64,000 bases of DNA from Bacteroidia bacterium (GCA_026414605.1 JAOAIP010000019.1:5242-69241), one strand, 5' to 3'; numbered from the stretch's first letter, positions 36,438 through 46,571 are shown. The notes: generated by a model from the sequence alone, not told the origin. Program-made: numbers and translations.

Positions 36438-38831
36438 ATGAGAAAAATCTATTTAATTGTCGCTGCGGGCATTAGTGTAGGACTAATGTTTGCACAAAGT
36501 GGAAGAAAAGCAACTTTTACAAAAGCGACATCGGCAACTCCTGCTACAATGGTTCAAGAACAACCCATTAAAAGAACGTGCGGAACAGTGGCGCCTCCTG
36601 TTGAATGGGAAGAGCAATTTCAAAAACTAATTGAACAGTATGTAAAAGACCATCCAGAAATTATGAATGGAAGAGTATATACGAACTATACTATTCCAAT
36701 TGTATTCCATGTTGTTCACGGAGGTCAAGCAATAGGAACTTATCCTAATTTAGCACAAGGACAAATTAACTCTCAAGTGCAAGTATTGAATGCTGATTAT
36801 TCGGGAACGGGTTTAAATGTTGGTAATTATCCATCTAATGCTTTTGTCAATTATGCCGCTTCATTGCCTGCAGCCAATAAAGATGCCAATGGTAGAGTAA
36901 AAATAGCCAATACAGGAATTCAATTCTGCTTAGCAACCAAAGACCCCAATGGCAATACATTAGCCGAACCAGGTATTGATAGAATCAATTATGTAAGTAA
37001 AGGTTGGAGCAATCCTGCTTCTTTCACTTCTGTATCTGCTTTTCAAAGTTTTATAGATGGTACGGTAAAACCAAATACAATTTGGGACCCCACCCGATAC
37101 TTTAATGTTTGGGTTACAGATGTAAGTACCAGTGTTGGGTTACTTGGTTATGCTACTTTTCCAGCAGGTACGGGATTAACAGGGCTTTCAGGTTTTGGTA
37201 CTGCTACTACCGATGGCGTTTGGATTTGGGCAAAAGCATGCGGTTCAAAAAACATCTATCCATCCGGTACTTATGCAGCCCCTTATGATAAAGGTAGAAC
37301 ACTTACACACGAGGCAGGTCACTGGCTGGGCTTAAGACATATTTGGGGCGATGGAACTTGTGCAACAGATTATTGTGCAGATACTCCTCCTGCTCAGACA
37401 TCTAATAATGGTTGCCCAACTTATCCTTATCATGTAGGAACTTGTTCAGGAAATTCTCCTGATGGAGAAATGTTTATGAACTTTATGGATTATACAGATG
37501 ATGCATGTATGTATATGTTTACTGTTGATCAAACTACGAGAATGCAAACAGCTATGGCAAATGGTACTTATAGAAGTCAATTAACGGCTTCTAGTGCTAC
37601 ACTGTGTGGATCTTCTTCACCCGCAGCTAATGCTTGTTTTACAATGCCTTCTACAGGATGTATCAATACTGCCATTAACTTAACGAACTGTTCCACCGGT
37701 AGTCCTACACCAACTTATACATGGACTGCGAATCCTAATACAGGAGTTACTTTTAATCCTAACCAAAATGCTACTAATCCATCGGTTACTTTTGCTAATA
37801 CCGGTTCTTATACCATTACACTTACAGCAAGTAATGGAACAGTGAGCACATCTTCGCATGTGATTAGTATTTCTTCTTGTGTAACACAAACAGTATGTAA
37901 TGACACTATCACTAACATTAGAAATACAGATACTTTAGTCGCTTACACATTACCTACTAGTACTGCTTGTACAACTGGAGGATTTATTTCTGGTAATAAC
38001 TGCTATGGCGATCTTGAAAAAGCAGAGTTTTTTGCACCATCAACGTATACACAAGTACAACCCGCTCAGTTCATCACAGGAGTAATTGTTCTTTTCTATA
38101 AAAATGGAAATGTGGGAACAGGAGGTTCTTCAACAGGTAGAGTAGATATGACAATATACAATGGAGATGGCACAAGCGGTCCAGGAACTGCTGTTGCAAC
38201 CGTTACAGCCAACTTGGGTATGATAACAGCAGGTACACCCACAACCAAGGTAACTTATTGCGGTGACCCCAATTTGGGTTATTCTCAGCCAATTATTCTT
38301 CCATACAAGTATACCTTTACTACTCCTGTTGGTCCACTATCAAGCTCAACACCAAATGGTTTCTTTGCGTCTGTGGTCTTACCTACAACAAGCGGAGATA
38401 CCGCAGTGATATTTAATAATACCATTGGTTCAAATCCAACAAATACTATGTGGGAAAAATGGAACACAAATGCTTGGTATGCTTACAATGATGCTACTAA
38501 TAGTTGGGGCATAGATTTAAATGGAGCGATTTTACCAATTCTCACTTGTACTACTGGTAAAGATGAAATAAGCACCTTTGCTAATAACATTATGATTGTG
38601 CCCAACCCATCTAATGGTATATTCAATATCGTTACAACATTTAATGAAAAACAAAACATTAAGTTTGAAGTAATGAATACACTCGGTCAGGTATTAAATA
38701 GTGGTGAGTTCCAAAATGTAATGAGTAATCATCTTACTATTAACTTAAGCAATTACCAAAATGGAATTTATTTCTTAAGAATAACCAATGGATCTGAAAC
38801 ATTAGTAAAACGTATTGTTATCAACAAATAA
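36438..38831 (+). CDS. secreted M43 (cytophagalysin/pappalysin-like) zinc metalloprotease with a T9SS C-terminal sorting domain
   Basis: Signal peptide. HEAGHWLGLRHIWGD zinc motif. PKD-like segment (TYTWTANPNTGVTF...GSYTITLTASNG). The C-terminal IVPNPSNGIFNI...GIYFLRITNGSETLVKRIVINK is a Por secretion tail. Confidence 0.85.
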   Translation: MRKIYLIVAAGISVGLMFAQSGRKATFTKATSATPATMVQEQPIKRTCGTVAPPVEWEEQFQKLIEQYVKDHPEIMNGRVYTNYTIPIVFHVVHGGQAIGTYPNLAQGQINSQVQVLNADYSGTGLNVGNYPSNAFVNYAASLPAANKDANGRVKIANTGIQFCLATKDPNGNTLAEPGIDRINYVSKGWSNPASFTSVSAFQSFIDGTVKPNTIWDPTRYFNVWVTDVSTSVGLLGYATFPAGTGLTGLSGFGTATTDGVWIWAKACGSKNIYPSGTYAAPYDKGRTLTHEAGHWLGLRHIWGDGTCATDYCADTPPAQTSNNGCPTYPYHVGTCSGNSPDGEMFMNFMDYTDDACMYMFTVDQTTRMQTAMANGTYRSQLTASSATLCGSSSPAANACFTMPSTGCINTAINLTNCSTGSPTPTYTWTANPNTGVTFNPNQNATNPSVTFANTGSYTITLTASNGTVSTSSHVISISSCVTQTVCNDTITNIRNTDTLVAYTLPTSTACTTGGFISGNNCYGDLEKAEFFAPSTYTQVQPAQFITGVIVLFYKNGNVGTGGSSTGRVDMTIYNGDGTSGPGTAVATVTANLGMITAGTPTTKVTYCGDPNLGYSQPIILPYKYTFTTPVGPLSSSTPNGFFASVVLPTTSGDTAVIFNNTIGSNPTNTMWEKWNTNAWYAYNDATNSWGIDLNGAILPILTCTTGKDEISTFANNIMIVPNPSNGIFNIVTTFNEKQNIKFEVMNTLGQVLNSGEFQNVMSNHLTINLSNYQNGIYFLRITNGSETLVKRIVINK

Positions 38832-38852
38832 TCTTGATGAATGGTATAATTA

Positions 38853-38885
38853 AACGGGGAACTTTATGTTCCCCGTTTTTGTTTT
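38853..38885 (+). terminator. intrinsic terminator
   Basis: AACGGGGAAC-TTTAT-GTTCCCCGTT followed by a T-run, 22 nt after the protease stop. Confidence 0.85.
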
Positions 38886-38916
38886 AAATGATGCGTGTTT
38901 ACGGGATTATTTTACT

Positions 38917-39036
38917 ACAAAGAACACATTAGTAAAAAGTGAAAAGTATAAAGTTTGAAAGTAAAAGGAAATATTTTTCAATATAATGATGTAGCGTTTT
39001 AATACTTTTCACTTTTTACTAATTATTTTCTTTGTG
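38917..39036. repeat. palindromic NNAAAGT heptad-repeat element, copy B
   Basis: Left arm AGTAAAAAGTGAAAAGTATAAAGTTTGAAAGT. Right arm AATACTTTTCACTTTTTACT. Outer flanks ACAAAGAACACATT / AATTATTTTCTTTGT. Confidence 0.7.
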
Positions 39037-39149
39037 TCTTTTGTGATTAAGTGTGAAGTAGCATAATAGATATGATATTTTATCCTTAAATTTTGTTATT
39101 AAGACATAACAAATCAACGTAAAACAGCAATAATTAAAATGGAATTGTT

Positions 39150-39157
39150 TAAATTTG
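39150..39157 (+). promoter_or_regulatory. -7 promoter box TAAATTTG
   Basis: TAnnTTTG match 17 nt upstream of ATG 39175. Confidence 0.45.
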
Positions 39158-39174
39158 ACCGCAAATAAACCATT

Positions 39175-39684
39175 ATGTATCAGATATTCTTTGATGGAGA
39201 TAAAAAAATAAATGTTGAACTCAATTTGAAAAACAATCAAATTTCAGGAAAAATAGACAATGTAAATTTTTCAGCAGAATTACAACAAACGCATAAATAC
39301 GAATACTTCATTCGCTATCAAAATCAATCCTTTAATATCCTGTTATTAAAAGCATTTCCAGAAGAAAAAAAATTAGTGCTTAAAATAAACGGCAAACGAG
39401 TAGAGGTTTCTGTAAAAGACAAATTTGATTTATTACTTGAACAACTCGGAATGGACAAATTAAGCCACAAAAAAATTGATAGCATTAAAGCCCCAATGCC
39501 AGGGTTGGTCTTGAATGTTTTAGTGAGTGAAGGTCAAGCCGTAAAAAAGGGAGATACTCTGCTTATCCTTGAAGCAATGAAAATGGAAAATGCCTTAAAA
39601 TCGCCCGCAGATGGAGTAATCAAAAAAGTGGTGGTAAGCAAAGGCACGGCTGTAGAAAAAAATCAATTATTAATAGAATTTTAA
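39175..39684 (+). CDS. biotin carboxyl carrier / biotin-lipoyl attachment domain protein
   Basis: C-terminal APMPGLVLNVLVSEGQAVKKGDTLLILEAMKMENALKSP carries the AMKM biotinylation motif. Confidence 0.8.
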   Translation: MYQIFFDGDKKINVELNLKNNQISGKIDNVNFSAELQQTHKYEYFIRYQNQSFNILLLKAFPEEKKLVLKINGKRVEVSVKDKFDLLLEQLGMDKLSHKKIDSIKAPMPGLVLNVLVSEGQAVKKGDTLLILEAMKMENALKSPADGVIKKVVVSKGTAVEKNQLLIEF

Positions 39685-39695
39685 TCCTAAAACCT

Positions 39696-40472
39696 ATGAA
39701 ACAAAATAGAAGACAATTTTTGATTACAACATCCTTTGCAACTTTTGGATTGTTTTTGAACAAGTCCTGGCTTTTTGCAAGTAATGCAAAGGTATCTTTT
39801 GAAACAGATTTTAATTCAATGGATGCATTTTTAGATAAAGATTTTTTAGATGAATATCCTTATTCGTTGCCAAAACTTCCTTACTCTTACGATGCATTAG
39901 ATCCCTTTATTGATAAAATGACAATGGAAATTCATCATACCAAGCATCATCAAGCGTATATCAACAATCTCAATAAAGCATTGGAAAATCAAAGTTTTAA
40001 TAAAGCCCCATTAGTAGAATTATTCAAAAAAGTATCTACTCTTGATAAATCTATTCGTAATAATGGCGGAGGACATTACAATCACACTTTGTTTTGGCAA
40101 ATGTTAAAGCCCAATCCAAACAATGCTGAAAACTTACCATCTGAAAAAATCATAGATGCTATTAAAAAACACTTTGGTTCATTTGATACTTTTAAAAAAG
40201 AATTTTCTGATAAGGCACTCAAACTCTTTGGAAGTGGCTGGTGTTGGTTAATAAAAGACAAACAAAATAAATTAAAAATTGTAACAACGCCCAATCAAGA
40301 TAACCCACTAATGGATGTAATAGATGAAAAAGACAGAGGACTGCCTTTATTAGGCATTGATGTTTGGGAACACGCTTACTATTTGAAATATCAAAATAGA
40401 AGAGTAGAATACATTGACAATTTTTGGAAAATAATTAATTGGGATTTTGTAGAAAAAAGAATGAATGCATAA
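39696..40472 (+). CDS. Fe/Mn superoxide dismutase with a twin-arginine signal peptide
   Basis: MKQNRRQFLITTSFATFGLF is a Tat motif (RRxFL). SOD motifs HHTKHHQAY, GGGHYNH and DVWEHAYY. Confidence 0.9.
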   Translation: MKQNRRQFLITTSFATFGLFLNKSWLFASNAKVSFETDFNSMDAFLDKDFLDEYPYSLPKLPYSYDALDPFIDKMTMEIHHTKHHQAYINNLNKALENQSFNKAPLVELFKKVSTLDKSIRNNGGGHYNHTLFWQMLKPNPNNAENLPSEKIIDAIKKHFGSFDTFKKEFSDKALKLFGSGWCWLIKDKQNKLKIVTTPNQDNPLMDVIDEKDRGLPLLGIDVWEHAYYLKYQNRRVEYIDNFWKIINWDFVEKRMNA

Positions 40473-40497
40473 AAAATAGAATGATATTAAAATTAAA

Positions 40498-40908
40498 ATG
40501 AAAACATCTGTAGTAAAAAAAATTACATTTTGTGCGGCTCACCGCTTGCACAATCCCAATTGGGACGATGCTACCAATCAAAAAATTTTTGGTAAATGCA
40601 ATCATCCTAATTATCACGGACATAATTATGAATTGCACGTTAAAGTTACAGGTGATATTGATAAAGAAACAGGATTTGTTATTGATTTGAATGTATTAAG
40701 TGATATTGTCAAAAAAGAAATTCATCAAAAATTTGATCACAAAAACTTGAATTTGGATTTAAGAGAATTTAAACATCTCAATCCTACTGCGGAAAACATT
40801 GCTGTTGTGATTTATAATATATTAAGACCCAAAATAGATGCTCATTTGGACTTGCAAATTATTCTCTATGAAACACCCCGTAATTATGTGATTTATCCTG
40901 AAAAATAA
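40498..40908 (+). CDS. queD: 6-carboxy-5,6,7,8-tetrahydropterin synthase
   Basis: FCAAHRL and CNHPNYHGHNYEL motifs. 136 aa. Confidence 0.85.
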   Translation: MKTSVVKKITFCAAHRLHNPNWDDATNQKIFGKCNHPNYHGHNYELHVKVTGDIDKETGFVIDLNVLSDIVKKEIHQKFDHKNLNLDLREFKHLNPTAENIAVVIYNILRPKIDAHLDLQIILYETPRNYVIYPEK

Positions 40909-41093
40909 AACAACAACAATAATCAATCAATTTGATGACGAACATCTTCCACTATGAAACTTTTAAACAAACTTTCTAATCATTTTAACTAAACATTTTT
41001 TATTCATTGAAATTGTTCCGCATCTCTAACTCTATTAAAGAGAGGAAATTAAAAGAGAGCGAGTTAATCAACTAACTACTAACAATTATTTCC

Positions 41094-41101
41094 TACATTT
41101 G
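41094..41101 (+). promoter_or_regulatory. -7 promoter box TACATTTG
   Basis: TAnnTTTG match 22 nt upstream of ATG 41123. Confidence 0.45.
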
Positions 41102-41122
41102 TCATTCAAAATAAAATAATAA

Positions 41123-41746
41123 ATGGAAACATTAATTCTCATCATTATTGCTTATTTACTTGGTTCTATACCAACATCTGTTTGGATAGGAAAATATTTT
41201 TATGGTATTGATATTCGTGAACACGGCAGTGGAAATGCCGGTGCAACCAATACATTTAGAGTATTAGGAAAAAAGCCAGGAATAATAGTTTTGATAATAG
41301 ATATATTAAAAGGCAGTGCTGCTGTGAGTTTGGCATATTGGTTTGAAGATGTTTTACCTGCTAATGAATTTATAGACATAGAAATTGGTTTAGCCATTGC
41401 TTGTGTATTTGGGCATATATTTCCTGTTTTTGCAGGATTTAGAGGTGGAAAAGGCGTGGCTACATTGCTGGGAGCAACAATAATTATAACACCTATATCT
41501 TGTGCTCTTGCCCTTGTAGTGTTTTTAATTGTGTTATTTAGTACTCGTTATGTTTCATTAAGTTCAATGTCTGCAGGTGTGAGTTATCCGTTTATTTTGC
41601 ATTTTGTTTTACACAATCAACATCCCAGTTTGACCATTTATTCTATTTTAATTGCTTTATTATTAATTATCACACATCGTAAAAATATTCGTCGCTTATT
41701 AACACACACAGAATCCAAAATTGTTTTAGCCAAATCAAAAGCATAA
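41123..41746 (+). CDS. plsY: glycerol-3-phosphate acyltransferase PlsY
   Basis: GSIPTSVWIGK, GSGNAGATN and FAGFRGGKGVAT motifs. Multi-TM, 207 aa. Confidence 0.9.
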   Translation: METLILIIIAYLLGSIPTSVWIGKYFYGIDIREHGSGNAGATNTFRVLGKKPGIIVLIIDILKGSAAVSLAYWFEDVLPANEFIDIEIGLAIACVFGHIFPVFAGFRGGKGVATLLGATIIITPISCALALVVFLIVLFSTRYVSLSSMSAGVSYPFILHFVLHNQHPSLTIYSILIALLLIITHRKNIRRLLTHTESKIVLAKSKA

Positions 41747-41773
41747 GCATAAACAATTTAATGAGTAAAAATA

Positions 41774-43060
41774 ATGCTTAAGTTCAAAAATGTATATTTA
41801 CTGGTTACACTTTGTTTTTTGACCTTGTATAGTAGTGCACAAAAAGGGCTTCGTTACGAAGATTTTATTTATCAAAAAAACATCAAATCTGTCTTTTTGC
41901 ATCCGGCAGATTTTGAAATGGGATTGCCTGTTTTAGACCTTAATAATCCTAACGAACAATTATTATTAAGTTTTGATGATTTGGATGCAGATGTAAAAAA
42001 TTATTCTATTTATTTCATTCATTGTGATGCTTATTGGAATCCCAGCGATTTGATGACTTCTGAATACATTGACGGATTCTTTGAATTAAATATCCTAAAC
42101 TATTCTTTTTCTCAAAATACTTTACAAAAATATACGCATTACGATATCAAATTTCCTACATCTAATATGCGATTTACCAAAGCAGGCAACTATTTGATGG
42201 TCTTGTATAAAACCCCCAATAAATCAGATGTAGTAGCAACCAAACGATTTTATGTATTAAATAATGTGGTAGATATTGGTGCTCAAATATCTCAACCCAT
42301 TGGAAATGATTTGCAATATACTGGCCAACATATTGATTTTACTATAAGTTCACGAAGATATAATCTTACCAATCCCGTTACTGATATGAAGATTTTTTTA
42401 ATGCAAAATGGAAGATGGGATAATCTTGTAAAAAATATTCCTGCTACTTTTATGACTGGTAATTCATTTCAATTTAATTTAGATGATCGCACTACATTTT
42501 TAGGTTCTAATGAGTTTCGGTATTTTGATATTCGTACTTTATTTACATATACAGAAAGAATTGCAAATATCATCAAAGATGATAATGGAAAATGGCACGT
42601 TTATTTGACTACTGACAAACCCAGATATAAGCAGAAATATGCATTTCAAAACGATTTGAATGGCAACTTTTTAATTCGTAATAACGATAGATTGTCCAAT
42701 CCTGATGTAGAAGCTGATTATGCGTATGTGCATTTTCAATTTGAATATCCATATCCTATTAGTAAAGGAAATGTTTATGTTTTAAGCAGAATAAATAATT
42801 GGATGCTTACAGAAGAAAACAAAATGACTTATAATGAACAAATAAAATCTTACGAGTGCACAATGTATTTGAAACAAGGATATTACAATTATATTTATTC
42901 TATTCAATACGACGATGATACAAAATGCAATGAAAGCGAAACCGAAGGCAATTATTGGCAAACTGAAAATGATTATTACATTTTTGTTTATCATCGTCCG
43001 CAAGGTTATTATTATGACCAATTAGTAGGATTATTGAGAATCAATACACTTAAAAGATGA
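41774..43060 (+). CDS. DUF5103 domain protein (type IX secretion system plug-like)
   Basis: Signal peptide. IKSVFLHP...LLLSFDDLDADVKNYSIYFIHCDAYWNPSDLMTSEYIDGF...YTHYDIKFP...AGNYLMVLY matches my memory of the DUF5103 signature. Confidence 0.6.
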   Translation: MLKFKNVYLLVTLCFLTLYSSAQKGLRYEDFIYQKNIKSVFLHPADFEMGLPVLDLNNPNEQLLLSFDDLDADVKNYSIYFIHCDAYWNPSDLMTSEYIDGFFELNILNYSFSQNTLQKYTHYDIKFPTSNMRFTKAGNYLMVLYKTPNKSDVVATKRFYVLNNVVDIGAQISQPIGNDLQYTGQHIDFTISSRRYNLTNPVTDMKIFLMQNGRWDNLVKNIPATFMTGNSFQFNLDDRTTFLGSNEFRYFDIRTLFTYTERIANIIKDDNGKWHVYLTTDKPRYKQKYAFQNDLNGNFLIRNNDRLSNPDVEADYAYVHFQFEYPYPISKGNVYVLSRINNWMLTEENKMTYNEQIKSYECTMYLKQGYYNYIYSIQYDDDTKCNESETEGNYWQTENDYYIFVYHRPQGYYYDQLVGLLRINTLKR

Positions 43061-43551
43061 TAAAAACTCGGTGGTTTGTATTATTACTTGTTTTGTCTTT
43101 TCAGGTGTTTGGACAAATCAAAGGAAAGCATCAATACAAATGGGCAATGTTTCATCCCTTTGCAGCATTAAAGGTTAAGAAGATTTACAAAAGAAACTTA
43201 TACATCTATGAAGAAGTTAAGAATAAAAAGATATTAGATAGTAGTGAAAATGGCGGGCAATTGGATGCATTTAGACACGGCTTTTTTATGGCTTGCTTTG
43301 CTCAAAAAATTAAACCAAAAAAACTTGTCAAACTGGGCACTGCCCACGAAAAAGATGACATTTGTTTATACCAAAAAAAGAAGAAAGTAGAATTTTCTGA
43401 TTATCCCGATAGTGCCAGCGTTGAGGTGGATCTACACAATAATTTGTTAGGAATAGAGTTGGGAAGAAAATACAAACATTTACCTGTTTTACAATTGAAA
43501 GACACGATTATTCATTATATCCAAGAAGGCAAGTTTAAAACAATTAGATGA
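43057..43551 (+). CDS. hypothetical secreted protein (possibly DUF6973-like)
   Basis: Signal peptide. WAMFHP...DAFRHGFFMACFA...AHE...DLHNNLLG pattern. ATGA overlap with the previous gene. Confidence 0.5.
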   Translation: MIKTRWFVLLLVLSFQVFGQIKGKHQYKWAMFHPFAALKVKKIYKRNLYIYEEVKNKKILDSSENGGQLDAFRHGFFMACFAQKIKPKKLVKLGTAHEKDDICLYQKKKKVEFSDYPDSASVEVDLHNNLLGIELGRKYKHLPVLQLKDTIIHYIQEGKFKTIR

Positions 43552-43792
43552 AGGTGTCAGAGGAAAAATTTTCTTTAATTTTTTCAAGAAGTATTTTTAA
43601 TGTTTCTTCTTCCAATTTTGTAATAGCCAAATTTTTAAATTCATTTAAGAAATTATTTTGCACACTAGAAATAGAAAGAATTCCCAATGTCTCAAATAAA
43701 TCACTTCCTATTTGGGAAGAAACATTCATATATTTTTTACTACAAAGATAAATAACAAACTTCAAATCAAATAAACATATTCCATTTTCCAC
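43544..43792 (-). CDS. possible small hypothetical protein
   Basis: 82-aa ORF (61 aa from the internal MNVSSQ) in a 260-bp gap between plus-strand genes. No family recognised, and an equally long antisense ORF exists. Confidence 0.25.
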   Translation of the reverse strand: MENGICLFDLKFVIYLCSKKYMNVSSQIGSDLFETLGILSISSVQNNFLNEFKNLAITKLEEETLKILLEKIKENFSSDTFI

Positions 43793-43808
43793 ATCTTTTT
43801 CCTTTTAG

Positions 43809-43816
43809 TACTTTTG
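43809..43816 (+). promoter_or_regulatory. -7 promoter box TACTTTTG
   Basis: This TAnnTTTG match overlaps the TTG 43814 start used in the track. That argues for ATG 43844, 27 nt downstream, as the real start. Confidence 0.45.
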
Positions 43817-43843
43817 CCCAAAATTAAAGATAAGTTCATTGTT

Positions 43844-44905
43844 ATGGATTCATTTATTGTAACAGGTATTCAACAGATAGGTGTAGGTGTGTCGGATGTG
43901 GTAAAAGCATTTGATTTTTATAGAACTCATTTGGGTTTTGATATTCGTGTATTTGATGAAGCCGCAGAAGCCAATTTGATGCTACCATACACAGGGGGTA
44001 AGCCACACAAAAGAAGAGCGATATTGGCCATTAACCTTAATGGTGGCGGCGGACTTGAAATTTGGCAATATACAAGTAGAACACCACAACCGCCTGCATT
44101 TACACCGCAACTTGGTGATCTTGGGATTTTTGTGGCTAAACTAAAAACTTACGATATTCAAAAAGCCCATTCAACACTCAAACAGAAAACATTAACCATC
44201 AGTGAAATATACCGTCATCCCGCAGGTTTTCAGCACTTTTACATTCAAGATGTTTTTGGAAATTATTTTGAAATGATGGAAGCACAGGATTTTTTTCAAA
44301 AAGAAAAATATCCTAATGGGGGTATAAATGGGGCTATTATTGGGGTGAGCAACTTACAGCAATCCATTGATTTTTATAAAAAAGTTCTTGGTTTTGATAA
44401 AGTACTTTATCTGTCTGAAAATGCACACGATTTTGAAGATTTGAGTTTCTTTGGTAAAAATAAAACCTATAAAAGATCATTACTTACTTGGAGTAAACAA
44501 GAAACTGCAGGGTTTGCAGCATTGTTTGGACAACCTTATATTGAGTTGGTAGAATGGACAAATGGCACACCAAGAAAAATCTATGAGAACCGCTTTTGGG
44601 GGGACTTGGGCTTCATTCATCTTTGTTTTGATGTGAGAAATATGGCGGCATTGAAAAATCATTGTCAAAAGCACAATGCCCCTTTTACAGTAGATAGTGG
44701 AGAAAAGTTTTCAATGGGAGATGCTGCGGGACACTTTGCTTACATTGAAGATCCAGATGGTACGCTTATTGAATTTGTAGAAACTAAAAAAGTACCGATA
44801 CTTAAAAAACTCAATTGGTATTGGAAGTTTTCATCTAATGATATTCACAAACCTGTCCCTAAATGGATGATCAAAGCATTTCGTTTTAATCGTATAAGAT
44901 CTTAA
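43844..44905 (+). CDS. VOC (glyoxalase/bleomycin resistance/extradiol dioxygenase) family protein, multi-module
   Basis: GIQQIGVGVSDVVKAFDFYRTHLGF and GAIIGVSNLQQSIDFYKKVLGF are repeated VOC beta-alpha-beta-beta-beta starts. IEDPDGTLIEFVE is a typical VOC end. Confidence 0.75.
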   Translation: MDSFIVTGIQQIGVGVSDVVKAFDFYRTHLGFDIRVFDEAAEANLMLPYTGGKPHKRRAILAINLNGGGGLEIWQYTSRTPQPPAFTPQLGDLGIFVAKLKTYDIQKAHSTLKQKTLTISEIYRHPAGFQHFYIQDVFGNYFEMMEAQDFFQKEKYPNGGINGAIIGVSNLQQSIDFYKKVLGFDKVLYLSENAHDFEDLSFFGKNKTYKRSLLTWSKQETAGFAALFGQPYIELVEWTNGTPRKIYENRFWGDLGFIHLCFDVRNMAALKNHCQKHNAPFTVDSGEKFSMGDAAGHFAYIEDPDGTLIEFVETKKVPILKKLNWYWKFSSNDIHKPVPKWMIKAFRFNRIRS

Positions 44906-44911
44906 TTGTAT

Positions 44912-45709
44912 ATGGCTGATAAGATAAAAATAACGGCTGTTAATTACCTGAATACTTTCCCATTTAAGTATGGAATGACAAAATTTGGTCATTTATTGGA
45001 TTGGGCAGAAATCAATTATGCAACACCTGCAGAATGTGCTCAAATGTTGATAGACAAAAAAACGAATATCGCTCTTGCCCCCGTTGCTGTGCTATCCAGA
45101 CAATCTGATTTAAATATTATTACTAATTATTGTTTGTCCACTAATGATGTGGTGAAAAGCGTGAAGTTATACAGTTATAAGCCCATTCAAGAAATAGAAA
45201 CAATCGTTTTGGATTATCAATCCTTATCATCAGTATCATTAATCAAAGTATTGATGAAATACTATTGGAAAAAAGAAGTGCGTTATATTCAGGGAACACA
45301 AGGATTTGAGAGACAATTAAATGAAGACGCAATGGTTGTAATTGGTGACAGAACCTTTGAATTAAATGGAACATTTCCTTATGAATACGATCTTGCAGAA
45401 GAGTGGTTTAAATATTATGGTAAGCCCTTTGTTTTTGCGGCTTGGATAAGTAATGTAAGATTAGATAATGACAGAATAAACACATTAAATCAAATTTTTG
45501 AATACGGAGTTAGCCATATTGATGAAGTGGTTGAAGATGCTATCCATTCTATTTCTTTTTTGAGAAATACAGACATTGATACAAAACGTTCTTTTATTTT
45601 ATCTTATTTAAAAAATAATATGCAATATCAATTAACAGAAGATCGTAAAGAAAGTATAAAACACTTTTTATATTTATTAAAAACTATGGAAACTGAAAAA
45701 GTTTTATGA
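44912..45709 (+). CDS. MqnA/MqnD-family (DUF178, periplasmic-binding-protein fold) protein, chorismate dehydratase-like
   Basis: N-terminal KITAVNYLNTFPFKYGM and IALAPVAV resemble MqnA. 265 aa. ATG 44912 preferred over TTG 44906. Confidence 0.6.
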   Translation: MADKIKITAVNYLNTFPFKYGMTKFGHLLDWAEINYATPAECAQMLIDKKTNIALAPVAVLSRQSDLNIITNYCLSTNDVVKSVKLYSYKPIQEIETIVLDYQSLSSVSLIKVLMKYYWKKEVRYIQGTQGFERQLNEDAMVVIGDRTFELNGTFPYEYDLAEEWFKYYGKPFVFAAWISNVRLDNDRINTLNQIFEYGVSHIDEVVEDAIHSISFLRNTDIDTKRSFILSYLKNNMQYQLTEDRKESIKHFLYLLKTMETEKVL

Positions 45710-45725
45710 GTTTAATTTGTTTTGT

Positions 45726-46571
45726 ATGTTGCCCAAACTTTTCGTTTTTGCTCACTTTGAAGAAGCCCAACTATTTTTGAATACTTTTCCAGCAAAGTTG
45801 CATTTTCAATTAAAAACAATACAATGTTATTATTCTGAAGAAAACAATGTTTATATTCTTATTACAGGTTCAGGATTTTTTAATATCTCTGTTGCTCTTT
45901 CTGTATTTTTTGAAAGATATGCATACTTGAAAAAAGACATTTTGACTTTTAATATCGGCATAGCAGGAAGTTTTAATAAACCTTTGTATCAAGTTTTTTA
46001 TATTTCAAAAATTACAAATTACCATACATTACGCAGTTTTTATCCGGATGTGTTTATTCCATTTCCAATGGCTGAATTAGTAAGTATTGAGTTTCCTGCT
46101 GATAAAAAAATAATGGCAGAATATCCCGATGCATTGTTTGATATGGAAGGATATGCATTTGCAACTGCATCCAAGTTTTTTCTGAAAAATCATCAAATAC
46201 ATTGCATTAAATTTGTAAGTGATAATGATGGATGTATTCAGGATATGGATGAACTTTTAAATCGGTATGAGTTATCAGCAAATTCAATGCTTTCAATGGT
46301 TCAGCAAATAGAAAAAGAAGTGCAAGCATACTTTAAGAAGGAAGAAAATTTTGATGAAGAGGTTCAAAATATAGTAAGTAAATGGTCAGAAAAACTTCAT
46401 TTGACACATTCTCAAAAAATGCAATTACACAAAGCATTGATGTATTGTAAGCAACACAATAAAAACATTGATTTTATTCATTCACTGAATTTTGGCGACA
46501 CTAAAAAAATTTCAAAACACGAGAGAAATAGATATTTTCAAAACATCTTGAAGCAATTATATTATGTATAG
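45726..46571 (+). CDS. nucleoside phosphorylase/nucleosidase superfamily protein (futalosine hydrolase or MTAN-like) with an extra C-terminal domain
   Basis: LFVFAHFEEAQ, ILITGSGFFNISVAL, FNIGIAGSF and FDMEGYAFA resemble PNP_UDP_1 motifs. About 80 extra C-terminal residues. The start is uncertain (TTG 45717 or ATG 45726). Confidence 0.5.
   Translation: MLPKLFVFAHFEEAQLFLNTFPAKLHFQLKTIQCYYSEENNVYILITGSGFFNISVALSVFFERYAYLKKDILTFNIGIAGSFNKPLYQVFYISKITNYHTLRSFYPDVFIPFPMAELVSIEFPADKKIMAEYPDALFDMEGYAFATASKFFLKNHQIHCIKFVSDNDGCIQDMDELLNRYELSANSMLSMVQQIEKEVQAYFKKEENFDEEVQNIVSKWSEKLHLTHSQKMQLHKALMYCKQHNKNIDFIHSLNFGDTKKISKHERNRYFQNILKQLYYV

Noticed and set aside
40909-41122. 214-bp gap upstream of plsY checked for a riboswitch or small RNA
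   Set aside because: I saw only a -7 promoter box, with no conserved-looking helices or GC-rich stems.
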